A stretch of DNA of 64,000 nt from a virus. A program made the translations under genes and the position numbers. The notes beneath the pieces are model-generated. The model was not told the DNA's origin. It saw only the letters and a list, made by a program, of their open reading frames with translations, and made no database searches. Below are positions 1 to 9,965 of the stretch, piece after piece. The stretch lies in the IMG/VR virus record IMGVR_UViG_3300046706_000011, positions 1-64,000 of that record. One strand, 5' to 3'. The first letter of the stretch is position 1. Each line of letters opens with the position of its first letter.

Positions 1-80
1 CCCGCCCGGGCCGACCGGGGGGCGCCCCGGGCGGCCCGGCCTGGCCGACCAGCGGTAGGCCACTGGGCGGCGCGGGCAGC

Positions 81-104
81 AAAAAAGGCACCCGAAGGTG
101 CCTT
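81..104 (-). terminator. Rho-independent terminator downstream of the repressor gene
   Basis: Minus strand reads AAGGCACC-TTCG-GGTGCCTT-TTTT: 8-bp stem, UUCG tetraloop and U-tract, about 110 bp past the stop at 217. Confidence 0.8.
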
Positions 105-216
105 CCATGCCGGCCGGCCCGTCGCCGTCCCGGTGTTCGCCGGCCGGGCGGCCCTGGCGCACGTCCGGTACGCCAGGGACCGCGGGCGCCCGGTCGCCGA
201 CCGGGCGCGCGGCCGG

Positions 217-1248
217 TCAGGTCCGGCACATGAACCACACGACCCGGCCCAACACGATGCCCGTCTCCGGGCTGAACCTGACGGCGCGGCCGACGGCGCG
301 CCCTTCCTGGACGACCATGCAGCCGGAGCGCCACATCCCGAGGACCAGCGCCACGGGGTCGCGCTCCGCCGAGAACACGTAGCTGCGGCCCTCCACGAGG
401 TCCCTCTGCTCCGGATCGACCACGACCTGGCTGCCCGCCCCGTCCTCGACGTCGAGGACCAGGGTCTCGTCCGAGACGTCGCGGAACCGATGCCACCCGA
501 GGACCACGGTGTCGTCCTCCAGCTTGCGGAGCCGCGCGGCGGGCAGTTTCTTCAGACCGGACACGTTGAGCCTCCCCCTGGCCACATCCGCCGCAGCGGC
601 GCGCGACAGGACGGGGACATCCCGCCCATCGTCGTTCGGGGGGAAACTTACCCTGGACGCCATGGTGCCGAGAAGCCGTTTCTCGACCTCGCTTCTGGGG
701 ATACCCCGCTTGGCAAGTGGACCGACGAGGTACCTCACGGTCGAGACATCGAAGTAATCCTTCTTGTAATCGTCCTCCAGGTACTGGTAGGAGCTGGTCT
801 TTTGCAGGCCGGTCTCGGCGGCCATCTGCCTGAGCGAGAGCCGGGGGAACCCCTCCTTGTCCCAGACGCTCTCCCGCATTTCCTTCAACGCGACCGAGGC
901 CGGCCCCCGGACGCCCCGCGCCTTCCTGGCGCGACGCTGGGCGGATGCCGCCCGTTCGGCGGCCTCGGCCCCCCCTGCCTCGGCTCCCCCGTCCCCGGCC
1001 GGCCCGGGCGTCGGGTCCGCCGCGTCCTCCGGGTGCTCCGGGTCGTCCGGGTGCGCGGACCGGGGTCCCCCGGCCATGGCCCTGGGGTCCCCGGCCATCG
1101 GCGGCCGGCGGCCGGCGGGCCGGGCGGCGGCGCGGTTGACGGGGCGGTTGACGGGGTGCCGGCCGGGTTCCGGCCGGGGCTGACGCTGAACCACCATCTT
1201 TGCTATCCCTCTTGACACTGGGCCTTGTTGCGGACCAACCTGCGGCAT
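217..1248 (-). CDS. CI-like phage repressor (HTH plus S24-like C-terminal domain); true start probably downstream of 1248
   Basis: HTH-like LSLRQMAAETGLQKTSSYQYLE; S24-like tail VVVDP...IVLGRVVW; divergent from the replication genes. Confidence 0.65.
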   Translation of the reverse strand: MPQVGPQQGPVSRGIAKMVVQRQPRPEPGRHPVNRPVNRAAARPAGRRPPMAGDPRAMAGGPRSAHPDDPEHPEDAADPTPGPAGDGGAEAGGAEAAERAASAQRRARKARGVRGPASVALKEMRESVWDKEGFPRLSLRQMAAETGLQKTSSYQYLEDDYKKDYFDVSTVRYLVGPLAKRGIPRSEVEKRLLGTMASRVSFPPNDDGRDVPVLSRAAAADVARGRLNVSGLKKLPAARLRKLEDDTVVLGWHRFRDVSDETLVLDVEDGAGSQVVVDPEQRDLVEGRSYVFSAERDPVALVLGMWRSGCMVVQEGRAVGRAVRFSPETGIVLGRVVWFMCRT

Positions 1249-1694
1249 GCACGGTTTCTCCGTTTGTCATGCACGGCTTCGGCGTCCGGTCCGGCGCCAT
1301 GCCCCGAGCCCCTGGATCGACCATCGCCGGGCCGGCGCGCCGGGTTCCGGGACAATCCCGGAACTCACGGCGGGGATAATGCTGGTCGAACCGGAATTCC
1401 GTCAACCAAAATCCCACGGGCCGGAAACCGGTCCCGCGCAACAGTTTGCCAATGAAGGACGGTTCCACCGAAGGTTTCAAGGCGCCTGGGCGGGAGCCCG
1501 TGTCCTTGGGAAGGACTTGGAAGACTTCATGGAAACACCCGGCCCAGCGGAAGTGCTCGCCAAGGCTTTGCCGGGGGCCGCCCCAACTGAAGCCGGGGTT
1601 GCGTCCCCGAGAACATCTTCCCCTCTAGATTATTCGGCATTCCTCATCTTCCGGGCGGCGCGGGGCGCTTCCCGGAGTTCTGGCGAAGGACTGG

Positions 1695-2231
1695 ATGACG
1701 GGAATTGGGATAGCGAAACACCATGCGGGCTCCTCCGCGGCGAAAACGGGTTGCCGCCGGGGCGCCGGGGCGGCGGCCGGCGGCGAGGCCCGGCTCCAGG
1801 CGGACTGGGCCGCCTTCCTGGCGCGCGCCCTGCCGCCCGACGCGGTCCACCACCATTCGCCGGGCGAGGGCCGGCGGGGCTGGCGGGCGCAGGCGGCGCT
1901 GAAGTCGAGCGGGTTCACGACCGGCTGGCCCGACAGCGAGATCGTCTGGCGGGGCCGGGTGTTCTTCCTGGAGCTGAAGGCGCCGGGCCGCAGGCCGACC
2001 GAGTCGCAACGGGCCTGCCATGCCAAATTGCTCGCGGCCGGTGCCGAAGTAGCAGTTGGAACAACCCTGGATGAACTGTATGGTCACGTGGCCCGCTGGG
2101 GAATTCCCCTGGCGATGACGGTGGAGGAATACCGGAGGCCGCGGACGGCCTCGCGGATGACGTTGGAGGAGTTCCGCGCGTTGGGGATGGCGCCGGGACT
2201 TCGGACTCGAACCGGAAAACGACGGAGATGA
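1695..2231 (+). CDS. VRR-NUC domain nuclease
   Basis: GWPD...FFLELKAPGRRPTESQ PD-(D/E)xK motif typical of phage VRR-NUC. Confidence 0.85.
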   Translation: MTGIGIAKHHAGSSAAKTGCRRGAGAAAGGEARLQADWAAFLARALPPDAVHHHSPGEGRRGWRAQAALKSSGFTTGWPDSEIVWRGRVFFLELKAPGRRPTESQRACHAKLLAAGAEVAVGTTLDELYGHVARWGIPLAMTVEEYRRPRTASRMTLEEFRALGMAPGLRTRTGKRRR

Positions 2232-2347
2232 GACGGAATGGCACCCGAGACAGGGCGCGGTCGCGCGCCTACCACCTTTTTGCGCCAAGACGCGCGCACG
2301 GTTTTCCCGTATACCCCCGGTCCGGACGAGACGCGCGGGAGGGGGCG

Positions 2348-3784
2348 ATGATCGAGAACGTTATCCGGTTCCCGGCCCAGGCCCGGGAGGTCCCGCACAA
2401 CATCGAGGCCGAGCACGGCGTGCTGGGCGCGATCCTGGCCGGCAACCGGGCCTACGAGCGGGTCGGCGGCTTCCTGCGGCCGGACCACTTCTACGACCCG
2501 GTCCACGGCCGCATCTACGCGGCGGCGGCGGCGGTGATCGACCGGGGCGGGGTGGCCGACCCGGTGACGCTCCGGGGGGCGTTCCGCGACGACCCGGCGC
2601 TCGCGGCGGTCGGCGGGGCGGGCTACCTCGCGGACCTCGCGGCCAGCGTGGTGAGCGTGCGCAACGCCGAGCACTACGGCCGGCTCGTCGTGGACTGCGC
2701 GATGCGGCGCGAGCTGATCGAGGCCGGGCTGGACCTGATCGCGCGGGCGTCCTCGGCGTCGCCGGACGACGCCGGGGCCGGGGCGCGGGGCGTGGTCGAG
2801 GAGACCGAGTCCCGGCTGTTCGGGCTGGCCGAGGACGGGGCGGCGGGCGGCGGGCCGCGCCCGGTCGCCGAGTTCGTGGACGCGCACGTGAAGAACGTCT
2901 ACGCGGCGCAGGACGCGCCGGACGGGATCGTCGGCCTGCGCACCGGCCTGATCGACCTGGACCGCGAGCTGCGCGGACTGAAGCCCGGCGCCCTGGTCAT
3001 CATCGCGGGAAGACCTTCGATGGGAAAAACCGCGTTGGCGCTAAATGTCGCGCATCAGGTCGCGAAGGACGGCGGGTCGCCCCTGTTCGTCAGCGAGGAG
3101 ATGCCGGGCGAGGAACTGGCCGCCCGCCTGGTCGCGGACCTGACCGGCATCCCGGTGCAGGAGCAGTTCTCGCGCCTGACGCCGGAGCAGTTCCGCCAGG
3201 TCGAGGACGCGCGCCACCAGCTCTCCGGGTCGGGCCTCTGGATCGACGACACGCCGTCGCTGACCATCGCCCGGCTGCGCACCGTCGCCCGCCGGCACAA
3301 GCGCCGGCACGGCCTGTCGGCCCTGTTCGTGGACTACCTCCAGCTCCTCCACGGCGGCGGGAAGCACGAGAACCGGGTCCAGGAGATCAGCACCATCAGC
3401 CGGGGGCTGAAGGAGATCGCCAAGGAACTGCACGTCCCGGTCATCGCCCTGTCGCAGTTGTCGCGGGCGGTCGAGAGCCGGGAGGACAAGCGGCCCATGC
3501 TCTCGGACCTTCGCGAGTCCGGCTCAATCGAGCAAGACGCCGACATCGTGGTCTTCCCGTACCGCGCGGAATACTACGTCGCCCGCCAGGAGCCGGTCCG
3601 CGGCGCCAACCAACGCGACGAGGACTTCGCGGAGAAGCGCCAGCAGTGGATCAACCTCCTGGAGGAGGTCTCCGGGACCGCCGAGATCATCATCGCCAAG
3701 TTCCGGCAGGGCAGCGCCACCTCGGTCAAGGTGGCGTTCGACGGTGCCAGGACGAAGTTCTCCGACCTCTACCGGGATCGCTGA
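2348..3784 (+). CDS. dnaB: Replicative DNA helicase DnaB
   Basis: PHNIEAE N-terminus, Walker A GRPSMGKT, DYLQL, LSQLSR, DLRESGSIEQDAD; ATG at 2348 after GAGGGGG. Confidence 0.97.
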   Translation: MIENVIRFPAQAREVPHNIEAEHGVLGAILAGNRAYERVGGFLRPDHFYDPVHGRIYAAAAAVIDRGGVADPVTLRGAFRDDPALAAVGGAGYLADLAASVVSVRNAEHYGRLVVDCAMRRELIEAGLDLIARASSASPDDAGAGARGVVEETESRLFGLAEDGAAGGGPRPVAEFVDAHVKNVYAAQDAPDGIVGLRTGLIDLDRELRGLKPGALVIIAGRPSMGKTALALNVAHQVAKDGGSPLFVSEEMPGEELAARLVADLTGIPVQEQFSRLTPEQFRQVEDARHQLSGSGLWIDDTPSLTIARLRTVARRHKRRHGLSALFVDYLQLLHGGGKHENRVQEISTISRGLKEIAKELHVPVIALSQLSRAVESREDKRPMLSDLRESGSIEQDADIVVFPYRAEYYVARQEPVRGANQRDEDFAEKRQQWINLLEEVSGTAEIIIAKFRQGSATSVKVAFDGARTKFSDLYRDR

Positions 3785-4107
3785 CGTGACCGCCGCGGCG
3801 CCCAGGGCATCGAGCATGAGACAGGACGGCCAGACGGCGCCGCGCCCCACGATACGCCTTGAAGAAACGAAGTTTCCGTGTGAGACTCAAACGGAAACGG
3901 GCGGGGTGCTGACAACACCCCGCCCGCCCGACCATCGAATGGGTCGATGGTTGACCACAGCGGACGGCACGACAAAGAGCACCCGCCATAGCGATACACG
4001 CTCTCATGATCGCAGGTCCGGACCGGGATTTCAAGGGGGTCCGTTCGACCCCCCGGAAGAATTCCGCGACGGGCTTGGTGCCGTCCGCTCCGAACCGGAG
4101 CACGACA

Positions 4108-4436
4108 TGCGCACCCAAGATCCCAAGACCCCCCAAATCTCCCAGGACATCCAAGGCGACGGCGTCGAGACAGAGTACTCCCCGGCCCGGATGACGCGGC
4201 TGACCCGGAACCTGGACAACGTCCAGGCCCTCGCGTACCTCCGGCTCCTGGACCACATCGTCATCGCGGGCGGGTGGCTGCGCGACGACGCCGCCGAGCT
4301 GGCCCGCGTTTCCCGGTGTCCCGAGCGGGAGTGGCCCAGGGTCAAGGCGGCCCTGCTCCGTCGCGGCCTGCTCAGGCTGGGGCGCGACGGCGTCACCTAC
4401 GGGCACCGGCACCCGTTCCGGGGGGGTGCGCGATGA
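4108..4436 (+). CDS. Short DUF1376/YdaU-like protein (start uncertain)
   Basis: AYLRLLDH...LRDDAAELARVSRC..EWPRVKAALL resembles the N-terminal domain of the next gene; its stop overlaps the next ATG. Confidence 0.5.
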
Positions 4437-5722
4437 GCCGGGCGATCCCAGACCCGACCGGCGTCCCCGACGATCGGTATCCGCGCATCCGGAAGACCGC
4501 GACCCTCCACGTCCAGTACTGCCCGAAGGACCTTATGGCGACGGGCCGGAAGGTTGATCCGCAGTCCGACTTCGCCTACCGCCTCGTCCTGGACATGATC
4601 TTCCTGACCGGCGACCGGGTCCCCGACGACGACCATTACCTGGCCGAGGTGACGCGGCGCAGCGTCGCCAAGTGGCGCAAGGCCAAGGCGGTGCTGCTCC
4701 GGTGGGACCTCCTGAGGATCGAGGGCGGCCGGATCACCAGCGGCGAGGCGTTGGAGCGGCTGGACCGGCTGGAGATCCAGATCGGCCAGAAGTCCCGCGC
4801 CGGCTTGGCCTCGGCCGAGGTCCGCGAGGCCGCGCGCCAGTCCGGCCGCGAGCCCGAACACGGTTTCGATGCGAATTCCGATGCGGATTTTTATCGGAAT
4901 TCTGAGGACAACCCATTGGAAAACAACGAAACACGTTCAACGGCTGAACCAACGAACTATAAACTAAGAAAAGAAGATGATGATAATAACCGCGGGCGCG
5001 CGCGCGAGGCGGAGGAAGAGGCGGGGTGCCCCGTGGCCGAGCCCGCGCCGGAGGCTGTCCCGGAGCCTGCCCAGGAGGCTGCCCCGAGCGCCGCGCCGAC
5101 CCCGGCCGAACCACCGGTCGCCCCCGCCGCCGCCGAACCCTTCGTCCCGCCTCCCAAGCCGCCCCGGATGGACCCGAACGTCTGGGCACTCATCCAGTCC
5201 CTGACGGACGCCGTGGTCGAGGCCTACGGCGAGGAGGTCGGCGGCTGGGCACGCAAATTCAACGACGCGACCGATGAATACCACGCCTCCGCGCTGCTCA
5301 AGACGGCGGGCGAGCTGGGGCTCGGGACCGGCGAGGCCATCGACAGGGTACGCGAGCACCTGAGGCGGAAGTGCCGGGACTACGCGGCGGAGGGGCACGA
5401 GGCCCCGACCGCGCTCAAGTGGCTCTCCAAGAGCGCCGCCGGGGATCTCAGGTCCCTCGCCAAGGCACGCGACAAGGCCGCCAAGGGGTTCGGCGGGAGC
5501 TTCGGGAACGGCTCGGGCAGGAACGGGAACGGCGGCGAGCCGGGGGCGCACACGGTCGTCCAGAAGGCCTGGGAGCACGCGGTCAGCAATCTCGCCCGGA
5601 AGCACAGGTTCGCCGAGGTCCGGCAGATCGAGGCGGAGGCGAAGGCCAACGGCGACGCCGCCGCGAACGCCCTGGCCGACCGGCTGGTGGAGGCCGCGCT
5701 GGGAAAAAGGCGGGCGGCGTGA
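4433..5722 (+). CDS. Phage replication initiator, DUF1376/YdaU-like, with an internal AT-rich origin-like segment
   Basis: AYRLVLD...VPDDDHYLA...KWRKAK...KSRAGLASA domain; AT-rich stretch 4860-4990; lies just downstream of dnaB. Confidence 0.7.
   Translation: MSRAIPDPTGVPDDRYPRIRKTATLHVQYCPKDLMATGRKVDPQSDFAYRLVLDMIFLTGDRVPDDDHYLAEVTRRSVAKWRKAKAVLLRWDLLRIEGGRITSGEALERLDRLEIQIGQKSRAGLASAEVREAARQSGREPEHGFDANSDADFYRNSEDNPLENNETRSTAEPTNYKLRKEDDDNNRGRAREAEEEAGCPVAEPAPEAVPEPAQEAAPSAAPTPAEPPVAPAAAEPFVPPPKPPRMDPNVWALIQSLTDAVVEAYGEEVGGWARKFNDATDEYHASALLKTAGELGLGTGEAIDRVREHLRRKCRDYAAEGHEAPTALKWLSKSAAGDLRSLAKARDKAAKGFGGSFGNGSGRNGNGGEPGAHTVVQKAWEHAVSNLARKHRFAEVRQIEAEAKANGDAAANALADRLVEAALGKRRAA
4910..5009 (+). 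repeat. Origin-like element, copy A (related copies at 22441-22550 inverted and 57129-57179)
   Basis: AACAACGAAAC..TTCAACGGCTG..CAACGAACTATAAACTA..AAAAGAAGATGATGATAATAACCGCG is shared with the reverse complement of 22441-22550. Confidence 0.85.
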
Positions 5723-5809
5723 CCGGCGCCGCGTGAACAAAGAAAACACGACCGGGTCGCGGCCGGCCGGTGTGGGCCGGCCGCGCGGGGAAAGGGGGAA
5801 GACAGCCTC

Positions 5810-6505
5810 ATGGTGCAGACACTGGAGTTCGACGACGTGGCGAAGAAGCGGCGTGTATGGGGTGCCAAGACCCGGGCGAAGCAGCGCAAGGCCGAGGCCC
5901 CGCCGTCCCAGGACCTGGGGACCCCCGAGCAGTGGGCCAAGAAGTTCGGCGCGGCCACGATCGACGAGGCGGGCAAGATCCGCCACGAGGTCCTGCGCGC
6001 GCTGGAGATCGAGCCGCGGCTGCTGGTGGGCGAGACGCGCAAGGCCCAGGGGATGGGCGCCCGGAACCGCGCGGAGAACCCGCTCGACGCGCTGTACCTG
6101 CGCGGCCTGCTCGGGAACCTCTCGGACCCGCGCTCGCGGGCCTCGGCCCTGCGCCGCCGCCGGGCGGGCCAGCGCCTGCGGGTGACCCACGACGGGGCGG
6201 GCATCGCCCAGAAGACCACGGTCAACCTCAGCGCGGCGGGCGGGGGCGGCGGCGGGCGCGACCAGACCGACCGGGAGGCCGAGACCGAGATGGTGTACTA
6301 CCGGATGCTGAAGGCCTGCGGGCGGACGTGGGCGCTGGTCCGCGACGTATGCTGCGACCTCCAGGCCCCGGCCGAGAACGCGGTCGTGCTCGGCCAGCTC
6401 ATCGCGGGCCTGGACCTGCTGTCGGTGTACCTCCGCCTGCGCGACGATGACGATGACGAGGTTGCGGGGGCGCCGCCGGCCCCGGAGCGGGCTTCGGTGC
6501 GATGA
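5810..6505 (+). CDS. DUF6456-like phage transcription regulator (Q-like position)
   Basis: NPLDALYLRG...AGQRLR...TVNL...LVRDVCC pattern; last gene of the replication operon. Confidence 0.55.
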   Translation: MVQTLEFDDVAKKRRVWGAKTRAKQRKAEAPPSQDLGTPEQWAKKFGAATIDEAGKIRHEVLRALEIEPRLLVGETRKAQGMGARNRAENPLDALYLRGLLGNLSDPRSRASALRRRRAGQRLRVTHDGAGIAQKTTVNLSAAGGGGGGRDQTDREAETEMVYYRMLKACGRTWALVRDVCCDLQAPAENAVVLGQLIAGLDLLSVYLRLRDDDDDEVAGAPPAPERASVR

Positions 6506-6751
6506 CCGGAACCTTCGGCGGTCCGCTGGAGCGTGGCCCGACGCGGGCGTGGCCTTGACCGGCAGCGGTCGCGGCGGTAGAACAGGGTCCCGTTTTTTTA
6601 GACATCGTGAAAGGCGGGGATCAAGGCCGGCGGACGGACCCAGCGTATCGGGTCCGTCCCTGCCCGCGCGGTTTCCTTGGCGCGGGTGTCGTCAAAGGTC
6701 GGCGTCGATGGCGTTCCAGTATTCATCGATGCAGGTTTCGCTCCCTTTCTG

Positions 6752-6946
6752 TCACTCATCGACATCACTATCGACTTTCTCAAACGCCCAGAACCCGCCC
6801 TCGTTCTCGTTTTCGTCATAATACGCTTTGAGGTTAGCGCCACAGTTCTGGCAAACAGCGGCCTTGTTGTGTTCGTGCTCCCTGAACCAATCCTCCGCAT
6901 CAACGCCTGAGTCTTCTTCGCAGACTGGACAGTATGAACCCGGCAT
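6752..6946 (-). CDS. Small acidic zinc-ribbon protein
   Basis: CPVC and CQNC pairs, 64 aa, D/E-rich. Confidence 0.55.
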   Translation of the reverse strand: MPGSYCPVCEEDSGVDAEDWFREHEHNKAAVCQNCGANLKAYYDENENEGGFWAFEKVDSDVDE

Positions 6947-6963
6947 GATCCGCTCGCTTTCTG

Positions 6964-7584
6964 TCAGTCTTGTTTCGGGGTTACATCCATCTCAAGCTCA
7001 TCCGGCAGTGTCGCCATGACGGCCATGATGGCGTCCTTGTAGTTATAGATCGTAGTCGGCGCGACCCCGACCATTCTCGCCGTATAGCTGCGGCTCTTTC
7101 CTGACTTCATCAGAACCGCTGCTTGTCTAAGTCTGCCGTCATCCATGACCGGCGTGCGACCGAATTTCTGCCCGCGCTGACGAGCGGAAGCTATGCCCGC
7201 CCTGGTCCGCTCCACAATCATATCTCGCTCGAACTGAGCCAGGGAGCCGAGGAAGTGCAGCAGCAAATTGCCAATAGGCGTTGTGGTGTCCATTCCTTCA
7301 GTGAGGCTTTTGAACCCGACGCCGATCTTCCGCAAATCCTCGATTAGTTCCAGCAATTCGATCAGTGACCTTGCGAAGTGGTCCAACTTGAACACGACGA
7401 CCACATCGCCGGATCGCAGGGTTCTGAGCATCTGTGTCAATCCTGGGCGCTTCTGCCTGGACTGATATCCGGTCATGACATCGGTGAAGATATTCTTTTC
7501 TTCCACGCCATCAGCCTTCAACGCATCGGTTTGCGAGTCCAGCCTTTGGTCGGTTGTGGAAACCCTCACGTACCCAAACTTCAT
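6964..7584 (-). CDS. Serine recombinase (resolvase/invertase family) with C-terminal HTH
   Basis: GYVRVST catalytic motif, RPGL, LDHFARS, FERDMIVERTRAG, HTH ARMVGVAPTTIYNY. Confidence 0.95.
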   Translation of the reverse strand: MKFGYVRVSTTDQRLDSQTDALKADGVEEKNIFTDVMTGYQSRQKRPGLTQMLRTLRSGDVVVVFKLDHFARSLIELLELIEDLRKIGVGFKSLTEGMDTTTPIGNLLLHFLGSLAQFERDMIVERTRAGIASARQRGQKFGRTPVMDDGRLRQAAVLMKSGKSRSYTARMVGVAPTTIYNYKDAIMAVMATLPDELEMDVTPKQD

Positions 7585-7760
7585 GTCTCATCCAAGTGTC
7601 AATTCACTGAAGCACTATGACACATGCCCGTGCGGAGATCAACATTTTTGAAGCACTTTTTGAACGGTATTTTGTTGACGGGGCACCGTAGCTATGGCAA
7701 TATGCTTATCAAGGGTTGGGGATCGCGGCACGAAAATGGCTTTGGTTGTATTTTAGTGCG
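7585..7760. promoter_or_regulatory. AT-rich resolvase upstream region, candidate res site/promoter
   Basis: Non-coding and AT-rich, TGAAGCACT occurs twice; res sites usually lie upstream of resolvases (inference). Confidence 0.4.
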
Positions 7761-7825
7761 GAACATTCGCCAACCCCTTTGATGAACACCCAATAGACGC
7801 CCGGCTGCGGGCATAGGAGAACGGC

Positions 7826-8020
7826 GTGGCGACTTGCGAACCGACAACGATGACCGCCTGGGGCCTCCTGGGAGGCATCCTAGGGATGGCGGCGATCATC
7901 CTGGTGTCGGCGGTGCTGTCGAACCTGGGCCTTCTGATCTGGGTTCGCGTGACGATCATGCTGGCAGAGCGCCGCCGGCAATCATCTTCGTCTAAACGAA
8001 ACATCGACACGAGCCTGTAA
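7826..8020 (+). CDS. Small membrane protein
   Basis: AGGAG RBS before the GTG; long hydrophobic segment. Confidence 0.45.
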   Translation: MATCEPTTMTAWGLLGGILGMAAIILVSAVLSNLGLLIWVRVTIMLAERRRQSSSSKRNIDTSL

Positions 8021-8049
8021 ACCAAACGCCCGTATAAACCGAGGATGAC

Positions 8050-8349
8050 ATGACCGATCTCAATGATACGCTGTTCTTTCTCGCTTCGGCGCTCACCGGC
8101 AAGACCGATCGGGAGGTATTCGCTTCAATCCATGAACGCAGCGTTAATTCGCTCGTAGATGGGCAGGAGTTTTACCTTCCGGATGGAGGGTACTCCCGTA
8201 TCGTCGTCAGCGCCTTCTCTGGGAAGGCGTTTCTCACTGACAATAGTCGGGAAGCCGTCAAAGAGGCATGGGGGAGATGTCGGGAACTGATTTCTGATTT
8301 GGAAGAGCAGGTACGCCAAGCCAGAGGCGACGAGCCTACGGTCGGCTAA
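8050..8349 (+). CDS. Hypothetical protein
   Basis: GAGG RBS, globular composition, 99 aa. Confidence 0.65.
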   Translation: MTDLNDTLFFLASALTGKTDREVFASIHERSVNSLVDGQEFYLPDGGYSRIVVSAFSGKAFLTDNSREAVKEAWGRCRELISDLEEQVRQARGDEPTVG

Positions 8350-8515
8350 CTGACAGAAACCGCCCGGAGGATGACGTGCTGATAGAAGTTGGCAAGACCT
8401 ACACAGCCCAGAACCAGGGCGCGACCACCACGCCACAGGCCATCACCGTGGAAGTCGTATGGGTGGACGGGGAGCTTTAGCTAGCTTCCAAAACTCTACG
8501 AGAAAGTGCGCGAAG

Positions 8516-8692
8516 CTACCCGTCACACACACTTTCGCCATTCGCATCAAGGAAGCCTTTTTCGATGCAGTGCGTGCGCAGCAGGAACTCAACAAGGCTG
8601 GTCAGCGTTCGCCCCTCCGCCCTGGCCGCGCGCCCAGCCGCTTCCTTAACCGCAGGATCGAGCCGAGTATTGAAAGTGGCGGATCGAACCAT
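8516..8692 (-). CDS. Ribbon-helix-helix (CopG/Arc-like) DNA-binding protein
   Basis: ATFNTRLDPAVKEAAGRAARAEGRTLTSLVEFLL; AAGGAG RBS; divergent from tnpB. Confidence 0.75.
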   Translation of the reverse strand: MVRSATFNTRLDPAVKEAAGRAARAEGRTLTSLVEFLLRTHCIEKGFLDANGESVCDG

Positions 8693-8707
8693 GGTTTTTC
8701 TCCTTGA

Positions 8708-8730
8708 ATGTAACGCGATTAGCGTTACAT
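8708..8730. promoter_or_regulatory. Palindromic operator between the RHH gene and tnpB
   Basis: ATGTAACGC-GATTA-GCGTTACAT, a perfect 9-bp inverted repeat. Confidence 0.7.
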
Positions 8731-8738
8731 ATAGTGCC

Positions 8739-9950
8739 ATGATGCTCGCACACAAGATCCGCCTCGACCCAACGCCTTCCCAATTGCCCTACTTCGCTAA
8801 GGCAGCCGGGACGGCTCGGTTCGCATACAATTGGGCCTTGGCGGAATGGCAGCGGCAATACAAGGCTGAAGAGAAGCCCAGCGCCAATAAGTTGAAGGCC
8901 AAGTGGAACGAGGTTCGGCGCACGGAATTTCCTTGGAGCCTGGAAACGACGAAGTGCGCAGGCTCTCAGGCCATCATGAACCTTGGGAAAGCCTTCGATA
9001 ACTTCTTCCGTGACATGAAGAAGCCGAAGGGCCAGCGCAAGGCTCAATACCCTCAGTTCAAGCGCAAGGGCCAGCACGACTCCTTCGCGCTGTGGAATGA
9101 CCAGTTCAAGGCCGAAGGCAAGCGCATCCGCATCCCCAACCTCGGCTGGGTGAAGATGCGCGAGGCGCTTCGGTTCACTGGCAAGATCATGTCCGCGACC
9201 ATCTGCCGTGTCGCGGATTGGTGGTTCGTCAGCATCATGGTCGATACCGTCGTCATCCCGCCCGCCCGCGAAAACCAAGCGGCGTCGGTCGGGGTTGACC
9301 TGGGAGTGTCGGCGCTGGCAACCTTGAGCACGGGAGAGACGATCGTCGGGCCGAAGCCGCTCCGCGCGCTGGGAAAGCGGATGCGCCGCTTGAACAAGTC
9401 CCTGTCCCGCAAGGTCAAGGGTTCGGCGAACTTCAGGAAGGCCAAGCGGAAGCTTGGTCGGCTGCACTACCGGATTGGCTGCATCCGCAACGATGCCCTG
9501 CACAAGCTGACCACGGGGCTGACCCGGACCTATACACGGATCGGCATCGAGGACCTGAACGTGGCTGGCATGGTGCAGAACCGCAGTCTGGCCCGGTCGA
9601 TCAGCGATCAGGCGTTCGGTGAGTTCCGGCGGCAGGTCGAATACAAAGCCATCCGCGACCAGTCGGAAATCGTTGTTGCGCACCGGTTCTTTCCGTCCAG
9701 CAAGACGTGCTCCGACTGTGGCCACGTCATGCCGAAGTTGCCGCTTAAGGTTCGCGAATGGGTGTGTCCGTCCTGCGGAACCATCCATGACCGCGACAAA
9801 AACGCGGCCATCAATCTCGACCCCAATCACGCCGCTGGCTTGGCGGTAAAAGTCTGTGGAGCGGGAAGCTCTGGCGATGGGTTCGCGCCCGTCGTGAAAC
9901 TGCCCGCCGTGAAGCAGAAACCGAAATCGCGCACATGTGCGCACGTTTAG
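8739..9950 (+). CDS. tnpB: RNA-guided endonuclease TnpB (IS200/IS605/IS607 family) with intact RuvC
   Basis: HKIRLDPT, ARFAYNW, VGVDLG (RuvC-I), IEDL (RuvC-II), SSKTCSDC..CPSC zinc finger, DRDKNAAIN (RuvC-III). Confidence 0.95.
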   Translation: MMLAHKIRLDPTPSQLPYFAKAAGTARFAYNWALAEWQRQYKAEEKPSANKLKAKWNEVRRTEFPWSLETTKCAGSQAIMNLGKAFDNFFRDMKKPKGQRKAQYPQFKRKGQHDSFALWNDQFKAEGKRIRIPNLGWVKMREALRFTGKIMSATICRVADWWFVSIMVDTVVIPPARENQAASVGVDLGVSALATLSTGETIVGPKPLRALGKRMRRLNKSLSRKVKGSANFRKAKRKLGRLHYRIGCIRNDALHKLTTGLTRTYTRIGIEDLNVAGMVQNRSLARSISDQAFGEFRRQVEYKAIRDQSEIVVAHRFFPSSKTCSDCGHVMPKLPLKVREWVCPSCGTIHDRDKNAAINLDPNHAAGLAVKVCGAGSSGDGFAPVVKLPAVKQKPKSRTCAHV

Positions 9951-9965
9951 GAAAGCAGACGCACT

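Noticed and set aside
6964-9950. Serine recombinase plus TnpB as an IS607 element
   Set aside because: IS607 TnpA has an N-terminal HTH and is co-oriented and adjacent to tnpB. This enzyme has a C-terminal HTH (resolvase type), is divergent, and lies over 1 kb away with other genes between.
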